Under the pieces are notes generated by a model. That model did not search any database, was not told the DNA's origin, and was given only the letters and a program-made list of their open reading frames with translations. A stretch of DNA of 64,000 nt from an uncultured delta proteobacterium (GTDB lineage Bacteria > Myxococcota_A > Polyangia > Palsa-1104), in NCBI GenBank assembly GCA_963785725.1, contig CAWAWS010000014.1, forward strand, positions 224,001 through 288,000, read 5' to 3'. The stretch's first letter is position 1. Every line of letters starts with the position of its first letter. Positions 1 through 10,711 of the stretch are shown here, in pieces. The translations under genes were made by a program, and so were the position numbers.

Positions 1-119
1 TGCTGCACGACGTAGTCGCTGATGTCCTGGCGCACGCGCGCCCGCTTTTGCGCCAGCGGCTGCGCGCCGGCCAGCGCCGGCACGACCAGCAGCAGCGTCG
101 TCAACATCGCCCACTTCAT
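1..119 (-). CDS. Secreted protein, N-terminal part only (runs off the window); third gene of the ECF sigma/anti-sigma operon
   Basis: Manual translation MKWAMLTTLLLVVPALAGAQPLAQKRARVRQDISDYVVQ; signal-peptide-like; ATG 1 nt after the anti-sigma stop with GGAGG RBS. Confidence 0.6.
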   Translation of the reverse strand, partial: MKWAMLTTLLLVVPALAGAQPLAQKRARVRQDISDYVVQ

Positions 120-120
120 G

Positions 121-504
121 TCAGGCTCCTCCCTTCTTGAACGCCGAGTCGAGCTGCTCGAGCTGCGCGTCGCTCATCTCTTCCAGCTCGTCGCCGTCGA
201 GCTCGTCGCCGAAGACGGTCATTTCGTCGATCTGCTCGCTCGCTTGCGGCGCCTTGACGACATGATGCGGCGGCCGCAGCCAGAACGTCAACGCCGCCGC
301 CAACGCCAGCGCGCTCGTCGTCGCCGCGAACAGGCGCGTGCGCAGGCGCCGCCGCCGCCGCGCCAGCTGCTCGCGCGCGTAGCCGTCGCGGACGTTGGCC
401 GCCATCGCCGTCCACAGCTCGGCCGGCGGCTCGGGCCAATCGTCTTCCAGCCGCAGCAGCTCGACCAAAAGTCGCGCATCGCCCTGGTCGCGGATGTCGC
501 TCAT
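121..504 (-). CDS. Putative single-pass membrane anti-sigma factor
   Basis: MSDIRDQG... start overlaps the sigma stop (ATGA); RRRRR followed by a hydrophobic TM segment. Confidence 0.65.
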   Translation of the reverse strand: MSDIRDQGDARLLVELLRLEDDWPEPPAELWTAMAANVRDGYAREQLARRRRRLRTRLFAATTSALALAAALTFWLRPPHHVVKAPQASEQIDEMTVFGDELDGDELEEMSDAQLEQLDSAFKKGGA

Positions 505-1112
505 GATTCGTCCTCGTTCATGCGCTGGCGTAGCCGCTTGAGCGCGTAATGATAATTGACCCGCGCCGACTCCTCGCTGCACCCGGCCACTTCCGCGACC
601 TCGGAGAACGGCAGCTCTTCGTAGACGCGCAGCTCGACCACCAGCCGCTGCTGTGGCGGGAGCGACGCCACCGCCGCGCGCAGCTGCTGCTGCCGCTCGC
701 CGGCGACGAGCGGGTCGACTGCGGGCGCTGCCGGCGCGACCAGCGTGTCCTCGGCGAGCGGCGCTTGCGGCTTGCGATCGCGCAGCACGTTCAAGGCCAG
801 ATTAGCCGCCGTCTTGTAGATCCAAAAGCGGAACGAACGCTGGTCGCGCAAAGCCCCCAGCTGCGTAAACGCTTGCACCAGCGCGCGTTGCGCCACGTCC
901 TGGGCGTCGGCGTCGTTGCCGACGTAGCGGCGGGCGAGGAAATAGAGGGCGCGCTGGTGACGCTTGACCAACATGTCGAAGGCCGCCGCGTCGCCGCCGC
1001 GAAAGCGCGCCACGAGCTCGTCGTCGCCCGGCTCGGGAACGCCGGGCGCGGCCGGCGGCTTGGGCGGCTCGGGCGAGATGATGGGCGTGCGCGCGGTCAC
1101 CACCTCTCCCAA
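501..1112 (-). CDS. ECF RNA polymerase sigma-70 factor
   Basis: Region 2 (DAAAFDMLVKRHQ...DAQDVAQ...FRFWIYKTAAN) and region 4 (LPPQQRLVVELR...FSEVAEV). Confidence 0.9.
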   Translation of the reverse strand: MGEVVTARTPIISPEPPKPPAAPGVPEPGDDELVARFRGGDAAAFDMLVKRHQRALYFLARRYVGNDADAQDVAQRALVQAFTQLGALRDQRSFRFWIYKTAANLALNVLRDRKPQAPLAEDTLVAPAAPAVDPLVAGERQQQLRAAVASLPPQQRLVVELRVYEELPFSEVAEVAGCSEESARVNYHYALKRLRQRMNEDES

Positions 1113-1156
1113 GACACGCTGGCGCGAGCGACGTTAAATCGGGCTAGGATGCGCGC

Positions 1157-1993
1157 ATGCCCGCAAACGCCGCGATTCTCAAGGACATCCCACTGTTCGC
1201 GCCCATGGACGACATCGAGCGGGCGGCGCTCGCGTCCTACCTCGACGAGATCACCTTCAAGGCCGGCCAGCAGATGTTTCACGAGCGCGATCAAGGCGGC
1301 ATCTGCTACGTGCTGCGTTCGGGGCGGGTCGAGCTCAGCGTCATCGACGAGAGCGGCGAGCGCCTCATCCTCGACGTGCTCGAGCCCGGCGAATTGTGCG
1401 GCGAGCTCTCGCTGCTCGACGGCGGCAACCGCTCGGCGACGGCCGTCGCGCTCACCGACGTCGAGGCGCTGGTGCTCGAGCGCGCCGAGTTCATCGACTT
1501 TTTGCAGCATCAGCGCGACGCCGCGCTCGACGTCATGGCGGCGCTGGCCAAGCGCATCCGCCGCTCCGACAAGCTGCTCAAACAGCGCGTCCAAGATCCC
1601 AACGAGCTCATCGAAGTGCACGCGACCCTAGGCGATCGCGTGGCCGATATCGTGGCAGCGTTTGGCGGCTCGTGGCGCTTCATCTTCATGTTCGGCGCCT
1701 TCATGGCCGGCTGGATGCTGCTCAACGCGACGAAGATGAAATGGGACGTCTATCCCTACATCCTGCTGAATTTGATCTTGTCGTCGCTGGCCGCGCTGCA
1801 GGCGCCGGTGATCATGATGAGCCAGAATCGGCAGGACGCCAAAGATCGCGTGCGCTCCGAGGCCGATTATCGCGTCAATGTGCGCGCGATGGTCGATATC
1901 GCCGAGCTGCACGAGAAGCTCGATCGCTTGCGCGGCGAGCTGAAGTTGGCGCGCGACGGCAAGTCCGCCGCGACGTCCGATCTGAGCGGCTGA
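1157..1993 (+). CDS. Cyclic-nucleotide-binding domain + DUF1003 membrane protein
   Basis: GELSLLDGGNRSATA cNMP motif; FGGSW...YPYILLNL...QAPVIMMSQNRQ DUF1003 motif. Confidence 0.9.
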   Translation: MPANAAILKDIPLFAPMDDIERAALASYLDEITFKAGQQMFHERDQGGICYVLRSGRVELSVIDESGERLILDVLEPGELCGELSLLDGGNRSATAVALTDVEALVLERAEFIDFLQHQRDAALDVMAALAKRIRRSDKLLKQRVQDPNELIEVHATLGDRVADIVAAFGGSWRFIFMFGAFMAGWMLLNATKMKWDVYPYILLNLILSSLAALQAPVIMMSQNRQDAKDRVRSEADYRVNVRAMVDIAELHEKLDRLRGELKLARDGKSAATSDLSG

Positions 1994-1995
1994 GG

Positions 1996-3426
1996 CTACT
2001 TGACGACGCGGCCTTGCACGTCGCGATATTCGATCGACTTCACGAACGGCAGCTTGCGCAGCGGCGCGTCGATGGCCTTGCGATCGCCGACGACGAGGAT
2101 GATCAGCTGCTCGGGATGAAACAGCCGCGCCGCCGCCTGACCGAGCGAGGGCACGTCGAGCTTCTCCAGCTGCGCCGGCACATGGCTCCAGGCATCGACC
2201 GGCAGATCGTGCGTCGTCAGCTCGTCGAGGTAGTTGGCCGTCTGACCGTTGTCGGCGAAGGCTTCGACGATCGCGCTCAGCACGAGCGAGCGCCCTTTGA
2301 CGACCTCGCCCGGCGTCAGCGGCGTGCGCATCCGCTGCAGCTCGCCGACGGTCTCCTTGACCGACTCGGCGGTGACGTCGGTGCGCACGGCCGCCGACGC
2401 CGTGAACGGACCGGCCGCGCGCCGCAGATCGAAGTGCGCGCGGGCGCCGTAGGTATAGCCGTGCTTTTCGCGCAGGTTCTGGTTCAGCCGTGACGTGAAC
2501 GAGCCGCCGAGCACCGTCTCCAGCAGCAAGATAGGCGCGAAATCGGGCGTCTTGCGATCGCGGCCGACGTAGCCGACGCGCAGCTCCGACTGCGGCGCGC
2601 CCGGCCGATCGACGAGCACGAGGCGCGCCGTGCCCACCGGCGCCGGCGGTGGCACGGCCGGCGGCACGGCGTTCGACTTCCAGTCGCCGAGCGTCTTGCC
2701 CACCGCCGCCACCGTCGTGTCGAGCGCGGCGTCGCCGGCGAGCACGAACGCGACCGTCTTCGGCCCGTAATGCGCGGCCCAGAAGCCGCGCACGTCGTCG
2801 ATGGTCAACGCCGCCACCGACTCCGGCGTGCCCAGCGGCGGATGGCCGTACGGATGCTCGCCGTACAACACGCGCGCGAAGACCTCGTCGGCCACTTCGC
2901 GCGGCTCGTCTTGATGGCGGCGCAGCTCGTCGAGGCGGCGCGCCTGCGCGCGCGGCCACTCGGCGGCGTCGAAGCGCGGTCGCGCCAGGATGTCGCCGAG
3001 CAGCTGCAGCGCCGGCGTCAGATTGCGCGCCAGCACGATCAGCTGCAGCTTCACTTCGTCGCCCTCGACGCGCGTGCGCAGCTCGCCGCCGAGCGCCGCG
3101 ATCGCCTGCGCCAGCTCGGGCGCGCTCTTGCCGCCGGCGCCGCCGTCTTGCAGCATCATCGCCGTCGCTGCCGCCAGCCCGGGATGGGCCGCCGGATCGG
3201 ACGCGCTGCCCGCCGCCACCGACACGAGCACGCACACGAGCGGCAGCTCGTGCTCGGCCAACACGACCACGCGCGCGCCGTTGGCGGTCGTCGCGCTGCC
3301 CGGCGCCGGCGCCGTCCACGCCGGCGGCGGCGGCATCTTCGGCGGGTGCGACAAATCCGGCGGGGCCGGCGTCGCCGCCAGCGCCGTCGACGAGAACATC
3401 AGTGCCGCTAGCAGTTGCGCGCGCAT
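1996..3426 (-). CDS. M16 (insulinase) family peptidase, non-catalytic partner subunit
   Basis: Start MRAQLL overlaps the upstream stop; SRLNQNLREKHGYTYG motif; no HxxEH. Confidence 0.85.
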   Translation of the reverse strand: MRAQLLAALMFSSTALAATPAPPDLSHPPKMPPPPAWTAPAPGSATTANGARVVVLAEHELPLVCVLVSVAAGSASDPAAHPGLAAATAMMLQDGGAGGKSAPELAQAIAALGGELRTRVEGDEVKLQLIVLARNLTPALQLLGDILARPRFDAAEWPRAQARRLDELRRHQDEPREVADEVFARVLYGEHPYGHPPLGTPESVAALTIDDVRGFWAAHYGPKTVAFVLAGDAALDTTVAAVGKTLGDWKSNAVPPAVPPPAPVGTARLVLVDRPGAPQSELRVGYVGRDRKTPDFAPILLLETVLGGSFTSRLNQNLREKHGYTYGARAHFDLRRAAGPFTASAAVRTDVTAESVKETVGELQRMRTPLTPGEVVKGRSLVLSAIVEAFADNGQTANYLDELTTHDLPVDAWSHVPAQLEKLDVPSLGQAAARLFHPEQLIILVVGDRKAIDAPLRKLPFVKSIEYRDVQGRVVK

Positions 3427-4763
3427 CACTTGGCCGCCTCCGGCTCGACGACGATGGTCACGTGCGGCGCCTTGAGCACCCGCTTGGCCACCGTCTGCAG
3501 CTTCTTGACGTCGACCGCATCGAAGCGGCCCAAATAGAGCGACTCGATCTTGCTCGGATCGCCGAAGATGTACTCGAAGGTGTTGAGCGCGTCGGCCATG
3601 CGTTCCGGCGTCGAGATGAAGCGCAGCTGCTGCACCTCGACGAACGAGCGCGCGCGATCGAGCTCCGCCTGCGTCACCGGCTTCTTGGCCAGGAGCTTGC
3701 CAATCTCCTCGTCGATGGCCTTCTCCAGCTCCGCCGACGTGTGCCCGCTCTGCGCCGTCGCCGTCACCGTGAACGCCGACTGATAGCGCGTCGGCGACTG
3801 ATCCACCTCCACCGACTGCGCGATCTTGCGTTCGTAGACGAGCGACTGGTAGAGCCGCGACGACTTGCCGGCGCCGAGCAGCGCCGCCAGCAGCGTCGAC
3901 TCGGCATCGCCGGGCGCGTACCACGGCGGCGACAGCCAGGCGACGACGACGCGCGGCAGCTGCACGGCGTCCTTCAGCTCGACGCGCTTGGACGCCGTCA
4001 GCTTCACCGGCGGCGGCGCCGCGTGCGGCGGCTCGGGCGCCTTCGGCATCCAGGCGAAGTAGTGGTCGACCAGCTTCTTGGCGTCCTCGGTCGCGAAATC
4101 GCCATCGATCACCAAGGACGCATTGGACGGCACGTAGAACTGGTGGAAGAACGCCTTGACGTCCTCCGCCGTCGCTGCCGTCAGATCCTCGTGCGAGCCG
4201 ATGACCGGGTGATGATAGGGGTGGTCGGGCGGAAACAGGTTCTCCGGCAGCGCCAGCTCGATGTGGCCATAAGGCCGATTCTCGATCGACTGCCGGCGCT
4301 CGTTCTTGACGACGTCACGCTGCAGATCGACCTTCTCCTTGGTCATGTCGTCGGCGAGGGTCGAGAGCCGATCGGCCTCCAAGTACAAAAACGTCTCCAA
4401 CAAGTTGGCGGGACCGACTTCGAAATAATTCGTACGATCTTCGCTGGTCGAGGCGTTGTTGGTGCCGCCGGCGGCCTCCATGATCGTGTCGAAGCTGCCG
4501 TTGGGGACGTTGCGCGTGCCCATGAACATGAGGTGCTCGAAGAGGTGCGCGAAGCCGGTGCGGCCGCTGCGCTCGTCCTTGCTGCCGACGCGGAACCAGA
4601 CGTTCACAGCGACGGTAGGCAGGTGGTGATCCTCGTGCAGGATGACGGTCAGGCCGTTGGGCAAGACGTAGCGCGTCGCGGGCACATGCAGCGTCGTTCG
4701 TTCGCTCGCCCAGGCAGGGCTCAGGAGCGACGTAAGCAGCAGGAATGACGTCAGACCTCGCAT
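3426..4763 (-). CDS. M16 family zinc peptidase, catalytic subunit
   Basis: GFAHLFEHLMF (HxxEH), NASTSEDRTNY; signal peptide. Confidence 0.92.
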   Translation of the reverse strand: MRGLTSFLLLTSLLSPAWASERTTLHVPATRYVLPNGLTVILHEDHHLPTVAVNVWFRVGSKDERSGRTGFAHLFEHLMFMGTRNVPNGSFDTIMEAAGGTNNASTSEDRTNYFEVGPANLLETFLYLEADRLSTLADDMTKEKVDLQRDVVKNERRQSIENRPYGHIELALPENLFPPDHPYHHPVIGSHEDLTAATAEDVKAFFHQFYVPSNASLVIDGDFATEDAKKLVDHYFAWMPKAPEPPHAAPPPVKLTASKRVELKDAVQLPRVVVAWLSPPWYAPGDAESTLLAALLGAGKSSRLYQSLVYERKIAQSVEVDQSPTRYQSAFTVTATAQSGHTSAELEKAIDEEIGKLLAKKPVTQAELDRARSFVEVQQLRFISTPERMADALNTFEYIFGDPSKIESLYLGRFDAVDVKKLQTVAKRVLKAPHVTIVVEPEAAK

Positions 4764-4851
4764 GGTCGGCACCGTAGCACAACACCCCTTCGTGACATGG
4801 GTTCGACGCGCGCTTGTTTTTTTTCTTGAGCACCCGTGCTACATCGCGGTC

Positions 4852-5514
4852 ATGCCCGCCAAGACGCCCCCCAAAGGCAAGAAGGCAGCGGCGCCAAAAG
4901 CGCCCAAGAAAACGGTCGCCAAGGCGAAGAAGCCGCCGGTCGATGAGGATGACGAGGCGGCGGAGGCCGCCGAAGATCTCGCCGCCGACGACGCCGAGGA
5001 AGGTGACGACGAGGAATTCGATCTCGGCGCCGCCCCCGAAGGTGAAGGCGACGACGAGGACGACGACGAGGATGACGACGAGGACGACGACGACGAGGAT
5101 GACGACGACGAGGGCAAGGCGGCCAAGAAGGCAGCCAAGTCGGCGACGCCGGCCAAGCCTGCGGCGAAGAAGCCGGCCGCTCCGGCGCCGGCTGCCAAGG
5201 CCAAGTCGCTCACCAGCGACGACGCCCCGGCCGTCGTTCCGGCGCGCCGTCTGACGCCCGAGGCCAAGGCGCGCGTCAACGAGATGGTCAAAAAGGGCAT
5301 GAGCCTCTCGGACGCGCTCAAGCAGGCGGCGTCGTGGGAGACGTTCGTGGCGCCGGTCAAGGACGAGCCGGCCAAGCTGGTTCAAGGTCGCATGGGCCAG
5401 AACGATCGCGGCGGTGGTGAGCCGCGGCATTCGAACTTCGCCGGCGAGACCGAGCCCGAGGACGTGCCCGAGGCCGGCGACGACGACGAGCCCGCCTCCG
5501 CCGACGAAGACTAG
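4852..5514 (+). CDS. Low-complexity Lys/Ala-rich and Asp/Glu-rich hypothetical protein
   Basis: PAKK/KKAA basic blocks flanking a long D/E run; coding-like codon usage. Confidence 0.7.
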   Translation: MPAKTPPKGKKAAAPKAPKKTVAKAKKPPVDEDDEAAEAAEDLAADDAEEGDDEEFDLGAAPEGEGDDEDDDEDDDEDDDDEDDDDEGKAAKKAAKSATPAKPAAKKPAAPAPAAKAKSLTSDDAPAVVPARRLTPEAKARVNEMVKKGMSLSDALKQAASWETFVAPVKDEPAKLVQGRMGQNDRGGGEPRHSNFAGETEPEDVPEAGDDDEPASADED

Positions 5515-5521
5515 CCCGCGC

Positions 5522-6292
5522 TTGTCCTGGGCCTGGGACGATCTCGACTACGCGTCGCGCTTGTGGGCGACGCTGGCCGGGATTGGCCTGACGGCGGCGG
5601 CCGCCTCGGCGCGGCTGCTGCTCGTGCCGCCGCTGACGGGGGTCAACCTCGTCGGCGCGCGGCTCGTGCAGGCGCAGCTGCAAGGGCTTCGGCTCGACGG
5701 CGCGCGGCTCGACGGCGCCGACCTGCGCAAGGCCGACCTCGACGGCGCCACGTTCGACGGCGCCATCCTCGCATACGCAAACCTGAGCTGGGTCGACGGC
5801 TGTGACGTCGCGTTGGCGGCGGCGTCGCTGGTGGCGGCCGATCTGACCGAGGCCTCGCTGCCGCGGGCGCGCGCCGACGGGGCCGACTTCGAAGGCGTCG
5901 TCGCCAACCGCGCCGGCTTGGCGGGCGCGTCGCTGCGCGCGGCGCGGCTCGTGGACGCTCTCTTCGAGAGCGCCGACTTGAGCGGCGCCGACCTGCGCGC
6001 CGCGTTCCTGACCGGCGCGCAGCTGCCGCTGGCCGATCTGCGCGGCGCCGACCTGCGGCAAGCGGTCTGCAAGCGCTGCGACTTCCGCGGCGCCGACTTC
6101 ACGGGCGCGCAGCTCGACGGCGCGCTGCTCGAGGGCGCGCGCTTCGGTGCCCCGGTCGATGATTTAGGATTGCCGCTGGCTTCTCGCTTGTCGACGCGAA
6201 CGGCGGCGCCGTTACCGACGCTGGAGCAGCTGGAATTGGCGCGTTGGAATCAGATCGTGATCGACGGCGCGATCAGATCGCGGAGGACGTAG
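5522..6292 (+). CDS. Pentapeptide repeat protein (start uncertain)
   Basis: Tandem A(D/N)Lxx repeats (ADLRKADLDGA, ADLSGADLRAA, ADLRGADLRQA). Confidence 0.8.
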   Translation: MSWAWDDLDYASRLWATLAGIGLTAAAASARLLLVPPLTGVNLVGARLVQAQLQGLRLDGARLDGADLRKADLDGATFDGAILAYANLSWVDGCDVALAAASLVAADLTEASLPRARADGADFEGVVANRAGLAGASLRAARLVDALFESADLSGADLRAAFLTGAQLPLADLRGADLRQAVCKRCDFRGADFTGAQLDGALLEGARFGAPVDDLGLPLASRLSTRTAAPLPTLEQLELARWNQIVIDGAIRSRRT

Positions 6293-6304
6293 CTCGCGTC
6301 GGGC

Positions 6305-6775
6305 TTAGAGGCTGCCGTTGTCGCAGACGCCGAAGAGCGTGAAGCAGGTGAAGCCTTGGCTCGTGCAGCAGTCGCTGTCGGTCGTGCACGGGTCGAGCTC
6401 CACGCCGCACGCCGCGTTCTGCGAGAGGTCGGGGGACGACGACATCGCCATGTCGTGCACCACCGTGCCGCCGCCGCCGGAGCTGCCGCCGCCGCCGGAC
6501 GTGCCGCCACCACTGCCGCCGCCGCCACCGGCGTTTCCGCCGCCGCCGCCGCCGCCGGTGCCGCCCCCGCCGCCCGTCTCGACCATCGACAGATCAGCCG
6601 GCGTGCTCACGCCGGGCATGTTCTGGCACTTGTCGTTGACGCAGTAAAAACCACTGGGGCAAGTGTCGTCTTGTCCCTGAACGCAGGCGAAGCCTTCGTT
6701 CTTGATTTTGGGGTTGAAACAGCCGGCCGCCGCGAGGCCGATTACGCACGCAAAAGCAATGTTAAATCCGCGCAC
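6305..6775 (-). CDS. Cys-rich/Gly-rich lipoprotein
   Basis: Lipobox AAGC; two small Cys modules separated by a poly-Gly linker. Confidence 0.75.
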   Translation of the reverse strand: MRGFNIAFACVIGLAAAGCFNPKIKNEGFACVQGQDDTCPSGFYCVNDKCQNMPGVSTPADLSMVETGGGGGTGGGGGGGNAGGGGGSGGGTSGGGGSSGGGGTVVHDMAMSSSPDLSQNAACGVELDPCTTDSDCCTSQGFTCFTLFGVCDNGSL

Positions 6776-6849
6776 AGGTCTTCATACGATCATTCAACCG
6801 AACCTTCAACAACATTGCATGACTAGCGTCACTACGGTATCTGAGCGGC

Positions 6850-7350
6850 ATGTCGGAAACGATGTTGGACGTGCGCGATCTGCCCAAAGCCGAAGCGTAT
6901 GAACAGCTTGAGCAGCAATTGAACGCCATTCTGGACGGCGTCGACGACGAGATTACGGCCATGGCGACCATCAGCTGTGTCGTACAAAACGGCTTCGGCC
7001 ACCTGTGGAGCGGCTTTTACCGCGTCGTGTCACCGGCGCTTTTGCGCGTCGGGCCCTACCAAGGCACGCTCGGCTGCCTCGAGATCGCCTTCGGACGCGG
7101 CGTGTGCGGGACGGCCGCCGCCGAGAAGCGCACCGTCGTCGTCGCCGATGTCGACGCCTTCCCCGGCCATATCAGCTGCGACGGCCGCTCCAAGAGCGAG
7201 ATCGTCGTGCCGGTTCTCGACGGCGACGGGAACTTATTGGCCGTCTTCGACGTCGACAGCGAGCGTGTGGCGACCTTCGACGACGAGGACGCGCGCGGGC
7301 TCGCCAAGCTGCTCGGCTGGTTCGCCCGCCGCCGCAATCGTGCTAACTAA
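6850..7350 (+). CDS. GAF domain protein, free methionine-R-sulfoxide reductase (MsrC/YebR-like)
   Basis: WSGFY, GPYQG..GC..I.FGRGVCG, FPGHISCD..SKSEIVVP, DVDS motifs. Confidence 0.88.
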   Translation: MSETMLDVRDLPKAEAYEQLEQQLNAILDGVDDEITAMATISCVVQNGFGHLWSGFYRVVSPALLRVGPYQGTLGCLEIAFGRGVCGTAAAEKRTVVVADVDAFPGHISCDGRSKSEIVVPVLDGDGNLLAVFDVDSERVATFDDEDARGLAKLLGWFARRRNRAN

Positions 7351-7356
7351 CCGCTC

Positions 7357-8336
7357 ATGAAGCTCGCCACTCTTCGCGACGGCGGCCGCGACGGCACGCT
7401 CATCGTCGTCAGCCGCGACGGCAGCCGCTACACGCCGGCGACAGGCATCGCGCCCACGCTGCAAGCCGCGCTCGACGACTGGGCCGACGTCGAGCCGCGC
7501 CTGCGCGCAGCTCGCCGAGCGGCTGCAGCATGAGCCCATTGGCGGCATGCCGCTCGACCCGACCAAGCTGCACGCGCCGTTGCCGCGCGCCTACGAGTGG
7601 GTCGACGGCTCGGCCTTCTTCAACCACGTCATCCTCGTGCGCAAAGCGCGCGACGCCGAGCCGCCCGCGACGCTGCGCACCGATCCGCTCGTCTATCAGG
7701 GCGGCTCCGGCGTGCTGCTCGGACCGACGCGACGACATCGTGCTCGCCGACGAGAGCTGGGGCCTCGACTTCGAGTCCGAGGTCTGCGTCATCCTCGGCG
7801 ACACGCCGCAAGGCACGCGCGCCGACGGCGCCGGCCGCCACGTCAAGCTGCTGCTGCTCGCCAACGACGTGACGCTGCGCAACCTGGTGCCCAACGAGCT
7901 GGCCAAGAGCTTCGGCTTCTTCCAGTCGAAGCCGGCGACCGCGTTCTCGCCGTTCGCGGTCACGCCCGACGAGCTCGGCGACGCCTGGCGCGGCGGCCGC
8001 GTGCACCTGCGCGCTGCGCACGACCTACAACGGCACGCTCGTCGGCGACTGCGACGCGGCGCCGAGATGCACTTCAGCTTCCACGAGCTCATCGCGCACA
8101 TCGCCAAGACGCGCGCGTTCACCGCCGGCACCATCGTCGGCAGCGGCACGGTGTCCAACGCCGACCGCGCGCGCGGCATCTCGCTGCCTCGCCGAGCGCC
8201 GCATGATCGAGACGATCGAGAGCGGCAAGCCGACGACGCCGTTCATGAAGGTCGGCGACTCGGTCGCCATCGAGATGCGCGCCGCCGACGGCTCCAGAGC
8301 TTGTTCGGCACCATCGCGCAGAAGGTCGTGTCATGA
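7357..8336 (+). CDS. Fumarylacetoacetate hydrolase family protein (several frameshifts, likely sequencing errors)
   Basis: MKLATLRDGGRDG, PLPRAYEWVDGSAF, LDFESE, LANDVTLRNL, FQSKP and GTIVGSGTVSN segments lie in shifting frames. Confidence 0.85.
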
Positions 8337-8991
8337 AGCTCGTCCTCACAGCTATTGGCGCTCGTCGGCCGTCGTGGCGCGTGCGCATCGGGCTGGCAGC
8401 TCAAGCGGCTCGCCTACGAGTACGTGCGCGGTGAACCTCGTGCGCGACGGCGGCGAGCAGCACAAGCCGGACTACGCGGCGCGCAATCCGATGGCGCAGG
8501 TGCCGACGCTCGAGCTCGACGACGGCGGCGGCCTCGCTCGCGCAGTCGCTGGCGATTCTCGAGTATCTCGAGGAGACGCATCGCGAATCCGCCGCTGTTG
8601 CCGCGCGATCCCTACTTGCGCGCGCGCTGCGCGGCAGCTGGCGGAGCTCGTCAACGCCGGCATCCAGCCGCTGCAAAACACCGGGCCGCAGCAGCGACTG
8701 AAGGCGCTCGGCGTCGACGAAGTGGCGTGGTCGCGCCACTTCATCGCGCAAGGCCTGACGGCGCTGGCGGCGACGGCGGAAGCGACGGCGGGCAGATTCC
8801 TCGTCGGTGACGCGCTCACGCTGGCCGACGTCTGCCTCGTGCCGCAGCTTTACAACGCGCGTCGCTTCGGTGTCGATTTGACGCAACCACCGTTTGCGCT
8901 CCTCGGCCGCGTCGAAGCGGCGTGCCTGGAGCTCGAGGCGTTCCAACTGGCTCAACCGGACCGGCAGCCGGACGCGGTCCAAGGAAAGTAA
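8333..8991 (+). CDS. maiA: Maleylacetoacetate isomerase (GST zeta class), frameshifted
   Basis: HSYWRSS, NPMAQVPTL, GIQPLQN, LADVCLVPQLYNARRF, QPDA motifs. Confidence 0.85.
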
Positions 8992-8994
8992 AAC

Positions 8995-10175
<1,181 letters not shown>

Positions 10176-10231
10176 CGCCGGCCCAACTCCGCGTCGAGCA
10201 ATGTGGCTCGGCGCGGCCAAATCGGGCGAAG

Positions 10232-10699
10232 ATGGCGGCGATGCCGAAGCCGCAGCGTCTTTCGCTCGATGACTTCCTGCCGTATCGCTTATCCGTCGCC
10301 GACAACGTCGTAAGCGCCGTCATCGAGCGCGCTTATGCCCGGCATGCGCTGTCGGTGCCGCAGTGGCGCGTCATCGCCGTCCTCGGCGAGGCCGACGCGC
10401 TCAGCCAGCGCGCCATCGTCGACCGCACGCGCATGGACAAGCTGGTGGTCAGCCGCGCCGCGCGCGCCCTCGAGTCGCGCCGGCTGGTCGCGCGCCGGCA
10501 AGACGCCGGCGATCGCCGCGCGCTCAGCCTGTCGCTGTCGGCGGCCGGGCGGCGCCTCTACGCGGCCGTGATTCCGGCGGCGCTGGCCGGGCAACGGCGC
10601 ATCGTCGAGCAGCTGGCGGCCGGCGAGCGCAAACAGCTGGAGCGGCTGCTGCGCAAAGTGGAGGCGGCGGCGCTGGCTTGCCGCGATAGTATCAAATGA
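10232..10699 (+). CDS. MarR family transcriptional regulator
   Basis: FLPYRLS, QWRVIAVL, VSRA..LE, D.R...LSLS..GR winged-helix pattern. Confidence 0.9.
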   Translation: MAAMPKPQRLSLDDFLPYRLSVADNVVSAVIERAYARHALSVPQWRVIAVLGEADALSQRAIVDRTRMDKLVVSRAARALESRRLVARRQDAGDRRALSLSLSAAGRRLYAAVIPAALAGQRRIVEQLAAGERKQLERLLRKVEAAALACRDSIK

Positions 10700-10705
10700 T
10701 ACTAT
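10686..10705. promoter_or_regulatory. Palindromic operator ATAGTATCA-AA-TGATACTAT just before hmgA
   Basis: Perfect 9-bp inverted repeat, AT-rich in a GC-rich background, overlapping the MarR stop codon and 6 nt before the hmgA ATG. Confidence 0.7.
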
Positions 10706-10711
10706 TAGCGC

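Noticed and set aside
3427..3924. N-terminal extension of the 642-aa M16 ORF
   Set aside because: Overlaps the upstream M16 gene in another frame; the signal peptide starts at 3426
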